Notes: generated by a model not told the origin, from the sequence alone. Shown: positions 39,380 through 48,040, counted from the stretch's first letter. The stretch: 64,000 bases of DNA from an uncultured Alphaproteobacteria bacterium (GCA_944390355.1 CALXPT010000004.1:1077-65076), one strand, 5' to 3'. Made by a program: numbers and translations.

Positions 39380-40498
39380 ATGGCAGAAAATAGAAAATCC
39401 ACTTCTCTTGACAGGGCTATGAAAAGGCTTGGTACAATTGAGGTTTATTATGCAAAAATTATTTGCCGTACGTCCAATAAGACGCGTTTGAAGCTGTATC
39501 GTAAATTGGCATCTTTACTCAGAAACAGATTTTCATTAATGAATGCTTTGGATTTGTTGCACAATTCTGCAAGTAACAGAGGGAAAAATCCAGGAGAGCC
39601 ATTGGCTATTGCCATTGCTTCTTGGGGCAAAGCTTTGCAAAACGGTTTGCCTTTTTCTGAAGCATTAAAAGGGTGGGCTCCTGACCGTGAAAGATTAATG
39701 CTTTCGGTTGGTGATGTTTCCGATATGGAAAGTGCTTTGATGAATTTGATTCGCGTTTCTGAGGGCTCTACCAAAATGATTCGTCCAATTGTCGGTGCTA
39801 TTACCTATCCATCGTTTCTATTTATGATGTCAGTTTTGATTATTTATGCTATTGGTGTTTATATGGTGCCTCCTATGCTTGAGGCAGCTCCAAATGTTAT
39901 TTGGCGAGGAACTGCGGCAACTTTGGTTGATATGTCAGCTTGGATTAGAGATAATTGGCTTTTGGCCTTTTCGGTGTTGCCGGTTGTTGGTATTATTATT
40001 TATCTTACTCTTGGTATTTGGACGGGACGGTTACGGGCTTTGTTTGATAGTATTCCGCCTTGGTCTTTGTATAAAATTTTTACCGGTATCAGTTGGCTCT
40101 TGGCTCTTTCGGCGTTGGTTAAAAGCGGAACTCCCGTCTCTACCGCAATGCGTGCTTTGAGACGCGATTCGACACATTATCTTCAAGAGAGAATCGATAA
40201 GACTTTGCTCTTTATTAATAACGGTGATAACCTTGGAAAAGCACTGTCGAAAACCGGATTAGAGTTTCCTGACAAAGAAATCATCAGCGATTTGGAAATT
40301 TATTCCGAATTAGATAATTTTGAAGAAGCTCTGGAAAATTTAGCAAACGAATGGCTGGATGAAAGTGTATACTTAATTGAAAATAAAGCTGCTATCTTAA
40401 ATATGGTGGCTATTTTGACTGTTGCCGGTATTATTGCATGGGCCGTATTCGGTGTATTCGAAATGCAAGACCAAATTACCAGCTCAATGGGAATTTAA
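39380..40498 (+). CDS. pilR: GspF-family polytopic platform protein (PilR in R64 nomenclature)
   Basis: 372 aa with two T2SSF-like halves and three hydrophobic segments. It directly follows the ATPase. Confidence 0.85.
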   Translation: MAENRKSTSLDRAMKRLGTIEVYYAKIICRTSNKTRLKLYRKLASLLRNRFSLMNALDLLHNSASNRGKNPGEPLAIAIASWGKALQNGLPFSEALKGWAPDRERLMLSVGDVSDMESALMNLIRVSEGSTKMIRPIVGAITYPSFLFMMSVLIIYAIGVYMVPPMLEAAPNVIWRGTAATLVDMSAWIRDNWLLAFSVLPVVGIIIYLTLGIWTGRLRALFDSIPPWSLYKIFTGISWLLALSALVKSGTPVSTAMRALRRDSTHYLQERIDKTLLFINNGDNLGKALSKTGLEFPDKEIISDLEIYSELDNFEEALENLANEWLDESVYLIENKAAILNMVAILTVAGIIAWAVFGVFEMQDQITSSMGI

Positions 40499-40502
40499 GC
40501 TT

Positions 40503-41093
40503 ATGAAATTTCCTTTTTTCAAAAAGAAGACTCCATTATCTCGCTTTCAAGTTCTGTGGAAGCGGCAGAAGGCTTTATGTGTCTTGCTTTTTTTGATTGT
40601 TATCATCGGAGTTATTTATTTGCTCCCTCATTCTGAAAAGAAAGCTGATTTGGCGGCTCAACAAGTTATGAAAGTTGCTGAGAATATTCGGAAGTTTTAT
40701 CAAACAAAACCTAATTATTGGGGATTGCAAACTAATTATGCATTGCGAAATGGTTTGTTTCAAGGTTTACGAATCCAAAATAATGTTGCTTTTCACTCTT
40801 TGGGTGGAAAGGTTTATGTCGGACAAGGTGTTAACGGTGACGTGGTTATGCCTGGGGAAAACGGCTTTGACGTGATTTATCCTGATATTAATCGGATTCA
40901 ATGTATTGCTCTTCTGGCTCATAAATTTAGCGATGAACAAAATTTGGGGTTGCAACATATTGCGGTTTTTGATGAAAAAGGTATATTAATTGCTGAATTT
41001 GGGTGGAGTGGTTTGAATAGGCTGCCAATCCATGAAAATATGGCGGAAAATATATGCATGAATAATAATTTTATTGTTTGGAGTTTTGAATAA
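40503..41093 (+). CDS. Pilin-like protein lacking a canonical prepilin cleavage motif
   Basis: I moved the start to the ATG at 40503. Basic N-terminus plus TM (ALCVLLFLIVIIGVIYLL) and no G|xxxxE motif. The globular part parallels the two pilins downstream (IRKFY..., DVIYPDINRIQCIALL..., terminal IVWSFE versus ITWEYR). Confidence 0.5.
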   Translation: MKFPFFKKKTPLSRFQVLWKRQKALCVLLFLIVIIGVIYLLPHSEKKADLAAQQVMKVAENIRKFYQTKPNYWGLQTNYALRNGLFQGLRIQNNVAFHSLGGKVYVGQGVNGDVVMPGENGFDVIYPDINRIQCIALLAHKFSDEQNLGLQHIAVFDEKGILIAEFGWSGLNRLPIHENMAENICMNNNFIVWSFE

Positions 41094-41311
41094 ATAATGA
41101 TATTTTTTTTTAATGTTTTTGAAAAAATTAATTCCCTTTTTGATGTATATGGATATTTGATTAAGTTATTATTTACTTTTGTTGTTTATTCTATAACTAA
41201 GGATATAGTCATGGAAATATGTCTAAAGACAGGCTTGTAAAAGTACTAAAATTGCGATAAAGTTATGCTATGAGGATATTTATGAAAAATTATTCTAATG
41301 GGAGAAAGAAG

Positions 41312-41872
41312 ATGAAGAAATTCGTTGAATCGGAACAGTCCGGTCGTTCAATGGTCGAAATGCTCGGCGTGCTTGCAATTATCGGTGTCTTGTCTGTCGG
41401 TGGTATTTCCGGTTATTCTAAGGCTATGGCTAAATATAAAATCAACCAATGTTTGGATCAAATTTCTACTTTGATTGTTAATATTCGTAGTGTGTTTGTT
41501 AATCAGACTTCTTTTGCCGATGCGACTACTGCCAATATTATTGCACTTGGTATTCCGACTGCCGATATGTTAAATGCTGACGGAACTGCCATGGTAAACC
41601 CTTTTAACGGAGCTATTACAATTACCCCAGGAACTGGAAGTACTTCATTTAAGGTAACTTATGCTGGTTTTGATAAAAATACTTGTCAAAGTATTGCTTT
41701 GGCTGACTGGGGTGCTGCGGCTTCTTCCGGTTTGATTTCATTACAAATAAATAATAGTACCGCACATACTTGGGGCGGTACTGATGCTGCTTTGCCGTTA
41801 TCTATTGCAAAAGCGGCTACGGAATGTGCTAATGATACAAATACTAACTCTATTACTTGGGAATACAGATAA
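41312..41872 (+). CDS. pilS: Type IV prepilin, copy 1
   Basis: I moved the start to the ATG at 41312 (GGAG RBS). Class III signal MKKFVESEQSG|RSMVEMLGVLAIIGVLSVGG with Glu at +5. C-terminal Cys pair (NTCQSIA ... TECAND). Confidence 0.85.
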   Translation: MKKFVESEQSGRSMVEMLGVLAIIGVLSVGGISGYSKAMAKYKINQCLDQISTLIVNIRSVFVNQTSFADATTANIIALGIPTADMLNADGTAMVNPFNGAITITPGTGSTSFKVTYAGFDKNTCQSIALADWGAAASSGLISLQINNSTAHTWGGTDAALPLSIAKAATECANDTNTNSITWEYR

Positions 41873-41896
41873 AATACCTGATTTCTCTTTCGTAAA

Positions 41897-41927
41897 GGCG
41901 TTTGGAATACCAAACGTCCTTTTTTTA
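41897..41927 (+). terminator. Intrinsic terminator after pilin 1
   Basis: ggcgtttgg-aata-ccaaacgtcc stem-loop followed by T7. Confidence 0.7.
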
Positions 41928-42014
41928 TAAAAAAATTTATTCGTTAAACATTTTGTTAATATATATACGTTATAAATGGTGCTATAGGTTATTTTAAATT
42001 TAGGTGGTGAAATA

Positions 42015-42587
42015 ATGTTAGAAGCTAATAAGGTTAAATTTTCGGAACAATCCGGTCGTTCTATGGTGGAAATGCTTGGCGTGCTTGCAATTATCGGCGT
42101 TTTGTCCGTCGGTGGTATTTCCGGTTATTCTAAGGCTATGGCTAAATATAAAATCAACCAATGTTTGGATCAGATTTCTACTTTGATTGTTAATATTCGT
42201 AGTGTGTTTGTCAATCAAACTTCTTTTGCTGATGCTACTACGGCCAATATTATTGCTCTTGGTATTCCAACCGGTGATATGCTTAATGCTGCCGGAACTG
42301 CCATGGTAAACCCTTTTAACGGAGCTATTACAATTACCCCAGGAACTGGAAATGCTTCATTTAAGGTAACTTATGCTGGTTTTGATAAAAATACTTGTCA
42401 AAGTATTGCTTTGGCCGACTGGGGGGCTGCTGCTTCTTCCGGCTTGATTTCATTACAAATTAACAATAAGACTGCTCATACTTGGGGTGGTAAAGATAAT
42501 GCTTCTTTGCCATTATCCATCGCTAGTGCTGCGTCTGAGTGTGATCAAGAAACTAATGCTAATTCCATTACTTGGGAATACAGATAG
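42015..42587 (+). CDS. pilS: Type IV prepilin, copy 2 (tandem paralog)
   Basis: MLEANKVKFSEQSG|RSMVEMLGV... The mature sequence is near-identical to copy 1, except for clustered C-terminal differences. Confidence 0.85.
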   Translation: MLEANKVKFSEQSGRSMVEMLGVLAIIGVLSVGGISGYSKAMAKYKINQCLDQISTLIVNIRSVFVNQTSFADATTANIIALGIPTGDMLNAAGTAMVNPFNGAITITPGTGNASFKVTYAGFDKNTCQSIALADWGAAASSGLISLQINNKTAHTWGGKDNASLPLSIASAASECDQETNANSITWEYR

Positions 42588-42612
42588 TTTTTCTCCTTTG
42601 CCAATACCTAGG

Positions 42613-42638
42613 CCGCTTGGAAACAAGCGGTTTTTTTT
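42613..42638 (+). terminator. Intrinsic terminator after pilin 2
   Basis: ccgcttg-gaaa-caagcgg stem-loop followed by T8. Confidence 0.75.
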
Positions 42639-42724
42639 GTGATGAAACGCCTTTTCAATATTTTATTAATACATCTGTGCTAAAGTTATACTTAGGTTTA
42701 TTTGTTTACGTTAGGTGATTACAA

Positions 42725-43690
42725 ATGGTTAAAATTAATGATGTTAAATTCTCGGATATTTATGTTACTCCAGACAGAAAAGCTTTTATTCCCGATGGAA
42801 AAACACGGAATGGTTTGGCTATCTTAGATGCTGAAGATTTTGATGAATTTTACAAACAGCTTGAAGATGCTTGGGATGGCGATAACCCTAGCTATTCGCT
42901 CTTGTATGAGGGCGTGTTTTATCGTATTGAACGCACCTTGAGCATTTATGGACCGCAATACTGCGGTCGTAAGATGCCTAAGCAAGTGCCGCCGCTTTCT
43001 TCTCTTGGATTTTTGCCTCAACTGGTTACTTATTTGAAGTCTCTCTCAAATGCATCCGGTTTAATTCTTTGGGCCGGTCCTACAGGACAAGGAAAAACGA
43101 CTTCTTTATCCGCTTTGTTGAAAGAATATTTGCAAACCGAAGGTGGGTTTGCCTATACGATTGAAGACCCTTGCGAAATGCCTCTTGACGGCGTGTATCA
43201 TGCCAGCAAAGGCGGGCTTGGTCTTTGCAAGCAAAATATTCCGCCTGAGGGCGACTGGGGGGCTGGTTTGAAGTCTGCCTTGCGTTCTAAACCGAGATAT
43301 ATTTTGGTTGGTGAGATTCGTACCCCTGAAACGGCTAGTGAGGCCTTGCGTGCCGCTACTTCCGGACACTTGGTGCTTTCATCCATCCACGGAAATAACG
43401 TTACCGATGCCATTACTTCTGTCGTGAAATATGCTTCTTCCACCTCTATGTCCGAAGAATTGGCTTACGATTTGTTTTCGCGCGGTATGCTTGTGGTTTT
43501 GCACCAAACTTTGGTCGGCGTCGGCGCGGCCAAGCATCCGGAAATTACTTATTTGCTCGCGAATCCTGACACAACCAAAGGTGATCAGGTCAGAGGTATT
43601 ATTAAAACCGGAAAACTCAATCTTGCAACAACCATTGAACTGCAAAAAACGCGTATGGAAAAAGGTATTGAGCTTTTCCCCGATATCTAA
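42725..43690 (+). CDS. PilT/PilU-like (T2SSE-family) hexameric ATPase, short form
   Basis: 321 aa. Walker A WAGPTGQGKTTSL, YTIEDPCE, VGEIRTPETA and the His-box GHLVLSSIHGNN. It lacks the N-terminal domains and zinc cysteines of the assembly ATPase. Confidence 0.8.
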   Translation: MVKINDVKFSDIYVTPDRKAFIPDGKTRNGLAILDAEDFDEFYKQLEDAWDGDNPSYSLLYEGVFYRIERTLSIYGPQYCGRKMPKQVPPLSSLGFLPQLVTYLKSLSNASGLILWAGPTGQGKTTSLSALLKEYLQTEGGFAYTIEDPCEMPLDGVYHASKGGLGLCKQNIPPEGDWGAGLKSALRSKPRYILVGEIRTPETASEALRAATSGHLVLSSIHGNNVTDAITSVVKYASSTSMSEELAYDLFSRGMLVVLHQTLVGVGAAKHPEITYLLANPDTTKGDQVRGIIKTGKLNLATTIELQKTRMEKGIELFPDI

Positions 43691-43712
43691 TTGTTTATAT
43701 TATAATATTATC

Positions 43713-43748
43713 AAAAAAACACCGGCTTGATAAAAGTCGGTGTTTTTG
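43713..43748. terminator. Bidirectional terminator between the PilT-like gene and the convergent 513-aa orphan
   Basis: A-run, acaccggc / gtcggtgt stem (one G-U), 9-nt loop, T-run. Confidence 0.65.
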
Positions 43749-43752
43749 GTTT

Positions 43753-45294
43753 TTAATCCAAGAGTTTTTGCATTTTTTGCAATTCATCAAGTGTAGGAAG
43801 TTTGTTTTTGCCTTTCAAAACTTCTAACTCTTGCTTAAATTGCAAAATTTTGTTCATGTTTTGCAAATATTCGCGATATTTTTGCAGGGTGAACTGTTGA
43901 AGCTTTTGATTGTTTGCAGATAAATCTTTTATCTGTTTTTCTCCTTCAACTTTCAGTTTTTTCTTATCTTTTACACAAGCTATATCAACTGCATCGGCAA
44001 AACCGTCTGATTCTCCATCAAGTCCGTATAAGTCAGCAAACAATGCGGCTGGAACTTCACCTGAGGAAAGCCTTAATAATGATCCCCCTGCTCCCGCGTC
44101 TCTTATACCGGTTTGAGAGGCAAGAAAGAAAAAATGTTCCCATTTCTCTTCTATTTGGAATCGTCTGTTTAGATACATTTTCCAATATATGTCTTTTATT
44201 GTTTCTTTAACTTGATTGAGGGAAACGCTTGTTGCTTGTGCATATTCCGCAAAATATTTACTAAGAGAGGCTAACGCTTTTGAAAACTCCATTTTCATAT
44301 CTGCTAGTAATTCCAGTACATTGCTTGTGTAGAAAAAAGCTCGATTAGGACATTCTGTTGTATTGGGGCTAACAAAACGCTCAATCCATAGCCAATCATT
44401 CTTTCCTTTTACAAATTCACCGAACATTGACGACATCTCAAGCGTTAGATGATTATCAATATCATAATCTCCCTTTTCTCCATTTTTTTTGTAAACATGC
44501 CAATATAAATAATGGACTATTTCTAATGGTGATAGTAAGGATGAGGCTTGAACCTCCCAATCATAAACTCTTTGTTTGAGACATTCATCTCCCTTAAAAA
44601 GCTGATGTTGTTTTTCATAATAGGGTTCATGCTCTATTTTATAGAAGTTGATTGCTCCTATCCGGAAACTCATCGGCTCATAGATACATTCCTCGTACCA
44701 TGAATCCTCATATTTACCGGTTAAAGCGCTTTGCTCATCTCCGCTGTTGTGTGACAGCCATTTACAAAAGCTTCGTTTTTCATTTGGCTTTTTGCGTTCT
44801 AAAAAGCCGTAATTTATTTCATCATTTCTTACGGCATTTGCATAATCGCGAAAGCAAATCTGCCCAGACATAACATCAAAATAAACCTTGATGACGTCTA
44901 GTTTATTGTCAAAGGAGAGCCAACTATTTTCCCAATTTTTATTACTATATTTATCGGTCAGAGCCGTAAATATGGTATTTGTACCTGGGATTTGTTCTAA
45001 AATAGAGCGTAAATCATCTTTAGGTTCAGAATTTTGCTTTATTTTAGCATATTCTTTGACCAATTTTTCCCAACACCAACCAGATTTCGGTTTATAGGCA
45101 ATTGTTTCATAAACCAAATTATAACCTAGGCTGTTGTCAAAAAATTTGGGTTTATTTTCGGGATTAAAACGAACTTGTGCAAAAAACACATCACAACAAT
45201 AGTAGCCGTTTTCTCGCAAATATTTGCTTAGAAAAGCGCGCATCAAGCGTGTGTCTAAAAACTCTTGATGTAAATTAAAATAAAAATTTTCCAT
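43753..45294 (-). CDS. 513-aa hypothetical protein (Trp/Tyr/Cys-rich globular part, C-terminal coiled coil)
   Basis: Long uninterrupted ORF with no signal peptide or TM. I recognise no motif. It sits monocistronically between two terminator/AT-rich gaps. Confidence 0.6.
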   Translation of the reverse strand: MENFYFNLHQEFLDTRLMRAFLSKYLRENGYYCCDVFFAQVRFNPENKPKFFDNSLGYNLVYETIAYKPKSGWCWEKLVKEYAKIKQNSEPKDDLRSILEQIPGTNTIFTALTDKYSNKNWENSWLSFDNKLDVIKVYFDVMSGQICFRDYANAVRNDEINYGFLERKKPNEKRSFCKWLSHNSGDEQSALTGKYEDSWYEECIYEPMSFRIGAINFYKIEHEPYYEKQHQLFKGDECLKQRVYDWEVQASSLLSPLEIVHYLYWHVYKKNGEKGDYDIDNHLTLEMSSMFGEFVKGKNDWLWIERFVSPNTTECPNRAFFYTSNVLELLADMKMEFSKALASLSKYFAEYAQATSVSLNQVKETIKDIYWKMYLNRRFQIEEKWEHFFFLASQTGIRDAGAGGSLLRLSSGEVPAALFADLYGLDGESDGFADAVDIACVKDKKKLKVEGEKQIKDLSANNQKLQQFTLQKYREYLQNMNKILQFKQELEVLKGKNKLPTLDELQKMQKLLD

Positions 45295-45424
45295 AACATA
45301 ATATTTAAGTATTAATAATATTTTTTCGAAGTTAAGATATGCTTTTTTGTTTAAATTGTCAATTATTAAATGCTAATTCAGATTGATGACTATGGCATAT
45401 CTTCAAATGATTTAATAAGTTTCT

Positions 45425-45859
45425 TTATTCAACGTCCCACGGGAAAACAACCCATTGTTCCGGAAGGCGGCGAGCAATGATGTCTGCGTCCTTAAAGCCC
45501 TTTTCTTTCGCATAAACCGCCGCAAATTTAGCTTGGGGCATAAGTGTTCTGACCAAGCGAAACGTGCGCCCCGTGTCTGATAAATCGTCTATTATCAATG
45601 TATGCTCGTTTACATCCGTAATATTAAAATCTATCTCTATCTCTTCATCTGCTCGGCGCGAATCGTTGTCATAACTCGAAATATTTATGGCCTGTGAATT
45701 GCGAATATCAAGTTCATATGCCAAAATGCCCGCCGGAAGCAAGCCTCCACGGCTTATCGCTATTATCTTATCATAACTGCCACTCGCTTTTATCTTTTCT
45801 GCCAACAGTTTTACATCTTGGTGAAACGTCGGCCAATCTATGTAATATTTTTCTGACAT
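45425..45859 (-). CDS. gpt: Xanthine-guanine phosphoribosyltransferase
   Basis: 144 aa. IIAISRGGLLPAGILAYEL and PRPP loop LIIDDLSDTGRT, with a C-terminal WVVFPWD. Confidence 0.85.
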   Translation of the reverse strand: MSEKYYIDWPTFHQDVKLLAEKIKASGSYDKIIAISRGGLLPAGILAYELDIRNSQAINISSYDNDSRRADEEIEIDFNITDVNEHTLIIDDLSDTGRTFRLVRTLMPQAKFAAVYAKEKGFKDADIIARRLPEQWVVFPWDVE

Positions 45860-45864
45860 TTGTT

Positions 45865-46395
45865 CTATCCGTGCAATGCCTTAATTTTATATATATACTC
45901 AATTACTCTTTCATCGCTCCAATCTGCCGATCCTCTTAAACGTCCGATTTCTTGTCCGGCACGGTTTATCAATACCGCGTTCGGTGAGGTGAATATCCCA
46001 AAGTCAGCCGCCAAATTACTGGCCTTGTCTATATAAAACTCCAGATTATTTACTCCAAAACGAGCTAAAAACTCTTTTTGTTCGTCCACCGACTTCCACT
46101 CGTTTGACGGTGATATTAACAACAGCTTGATGCCGTCTGCGTGGGTCTTATCCGCAAAAATTTGCAGCGTATTTAATTCACTCAAACACGGGCCACAGTG
46201 GCGCGACCAAAATAATGCTATTACAAATTCATCTTTGAAATCCGTCAGTTTTACAAATGTTCCGTCTGAGCGCATAAACTCCCGTGTCGGCAATTCTCGC
46301 GGTTCCTCAAATATATTGGCTCCGCCCTGCGAGGCTTGCGCTACTGCAAAGGTGGCCGATAATAGTATAAATGCTGCTACGAAATATTTTATCAT
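45865..46395 (-). CDS. TlpA-like periplasmic thiol:disulfide oxidoreductase
   Basis: Signal peptide and thioredoxin motif FWSRHCGPCLSEL. Confidence 0.8.
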   Translation of the reverse strand: MIKYFVAAFILLSATFAVAQASQGGANIFEEPRELPTREFMRSDGTFVKLTDFKDEFVIALFWSRHCGPCLSELNTLQIFADKTHADGIKLLLISPSNEWKSVDEQKEFLARFGVNNLEFYIDKASNLAADFGIFTSPNAVLINRAGQEIGRLRGSADWSDERVIEYIYKIKALHG

Positions 46396-46476
46396 CTTGA
46401 TAACTCAAATATAAATTTTGTGTTTCACGACTAATGTGTATATAGTGTTAGCATAACAAATAAAGGTTTCTAAATA

Positions 46477-46605
46477 ATGAAGAAAAATTTTATTCGTATA
46501 TTGGTCGCGGCTTTGTTTGTAGTGGCAATGTCTGCTTGCGGCAAAATGGCGAATCCCGTTCCTTATGAAGGGTCCGGTTATCCGCATTCTTATCCGAGAG
46601 GTTAA
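46477..46605 (+). CDS. Possible 42-aa lipoprotein (below the ORF-track cutoff)
   Basis: Translation MKKNFIRILVAALFVVAMSAC|GKMANPVPYEGSGYPHSYPRG has a clean lipobox. It ends 6 nt before the vWA gene. The RBS is weak (AAAGG). Confidence 0.35.
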   Translation: MKKNFIRILVAALFVVAMSACGKMANPVPYEGSGYPHSYPRG

Positions 46606-46611
46606 ACTTTT

Positions 46612-47304
46612 ATGGTTGATGAGCATTCTAAAATTCCCGATGAAATGATTCCTTATGTGGAATTTGCCGATAACGCGAATGAACGTACGCCTTGTGTGCT
46701 GGTTCTGGATTGTTCCGGTTCTATGCGCGGCGAGCCGATTAAGCAGCTTAATGCCGGACTGAAAGCCCTTGAAAAAGAGCTTAAGGATGATATTGACGCT
46801 TCGTCTCGCGTACAGCTCCTTATCATTAAAGCGTTTGGAAAAGATGAAACCGAAACAACTTCCGACTGGGTCGATGCCATGAATTTTACCGCTCCGGTTA
46901 TGAAGGCAGGCGGGCTTACGCCACTCGGAAAAGCCATGGATGAAGCTCTCAAAAAAATTGAGGAACAGAAAGCTTTATATGACAGCTGCGGTATTACGTC
47001 CAAACGGCCTTGGATTTTCTTAATCAGCGACGGCGAGCCGACCGATTATGACTGGGAAATCATTGCTGCAAAGTGCCGCGAAGCTCAGATGAACAAAAAA
47101 GTTGTTATTCACGCCGTCGGTACTCAAGGGGCTAATTTGGAAAAACTCGCTAAGTTCTCTACCATTGCGCCAAAACGTTTGACCGGTCTTAAATTTACCG
47201 AATTTTTCTTGTGGTTATCTCGCAGCGTGTCTTGTGTTTCCAAGGCGGCTCCTAATGTTCCCGATTTGTTGGATGATACTGGCGATTGGAATGACGAAGA
47301 ATAA
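46612..47304 (+). CDS. TerY-like von Willebrand factor A protein (TerY-P triad component 1)
   Basis: MIDAS residues LVLDCSGSMRGEPI, GGLTPLG and LISDGEPTD. The C-terminal FTEFFLWLSRSVS is typical of TerY/YegL-type vWA proteins. Confidence 0.8.
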   Translation: MVDEHSKIPDEMIPYVEFADNANERTPCVLVLDCSGSMRGEPIKQLNAGLKALEKELKDDIDASSRVQLLIIKAFGKDETETTSDWVDAMNFTAPVMKAGGLTPLGKAMDEALKKIEEQKALYDSCGITSKRPWIFLISDGEPTDYDWEIIAAKCREAQMNKKVVIHAVGTQGANLEKLAKFSTIAPKRLTGLKFTEFFLWLSRSVSCVSKAAPNVPDLLDDTGDWNDEE

Positions 47305-48040
47305 AAAAATTAAGGTCGTGGCTGCAAGTGTTTGCGGGCCGATGCATCGTTATAAAAAACTCCCCTGTCAAGATTGCTTCAAACATAAAAACGGCAAAAA
47401 AAATTTTGTGGCCGTTGTTTCTGATGGAGCGGGGTCGGCTAAGTATGGCAAAATCGGCGCAAATATCATTTGCAACACTATGGTCGACTTGCTTGCCAAC
47501 TGCGAATTTGCCGATATTAAGCAACACATCATTAAGGCTGTTGAAGTGGCTCGCGCAAAAGTTTTGCGCCATCGCTTTAATAAAACAAAAGATGCTGACG
47601 GTATGATGGAATTTTCCGCGACCTTGGTCGGGGCTGTTTATCATCAGGGAAAAGGTATTTTCTTTCATATCGGAGATGGTGCCGGAATCGCTCTACACAG
47701 CAATCAATATGACCGTTTCATTGCTACCAGACCTGAAAACGGAAATTTCTCTTGTGAAACCTTTTTTTATACCATGGATGATTGGCGGCATTCTCTTCGT
47801 TTTACCTCTTTTGATGAGGCGGACACGTTGTTTTTAATGAGCGACGGTCTTACTAACTTTGCTTTTACACCCGATTTTCAACAAATTGAAAAAGGCTTTT
47901 TGTTGCCGATTAATGATTTTTTGATTCAGGATATTACCAAGCAAAAAGCTGAACGGGCGTTGAGCAATACTCTTAATACGCCCATTGCCAAACGCCTTAA
48001 TTCCGATGATAAAACTTTGCTCTGGGCGAGGCTGTCATGA
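47291..48040 (+). CDS. PP2C-family Ser/Thr phosphatase (TerY-P triad component 2)
   Basis: I moved the start to the ATG at 47291, which overlaps the vWA stop. Motifs: AVVSDGAGSAKYG, FHIGDGAG and LFLMSDGLTNF. Confidence 0.75.
   Translation: MTKNKKIKVVAASVCGPMHRYKKLPCQDCFKHKNGKKNFVAVVSDGAGSAKYGKIGANIICNTMVDLLANCEFADIKQHIIKAVEVARAKVLRHRFNKTKDADGMMEFSATLVGAVYHQGKGIFFHIGDGAGIALHSNQYDRFIATRPENGNFSCETFFYTMDDWRHSLRFTSFDEADTLFLMSDGLTNFAFTPDFQQIEKGFLLPINDFLIQDITKQKAERALSNTLNTPIAKRLNSDDKTLLWARLS

Noticed and set aside
40503-43690. R64-style shufflon (inverted sfx repeats plus rci recombinase generating pilV C-terminal variants)
   Set aside because: The two pilin genes are complete, directly oriented and each has its own terminator. 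There is no PilV-like adhesin, recombinase gene or inverted cassette nearby. Variation here is by tandem paralogy, not inversion.
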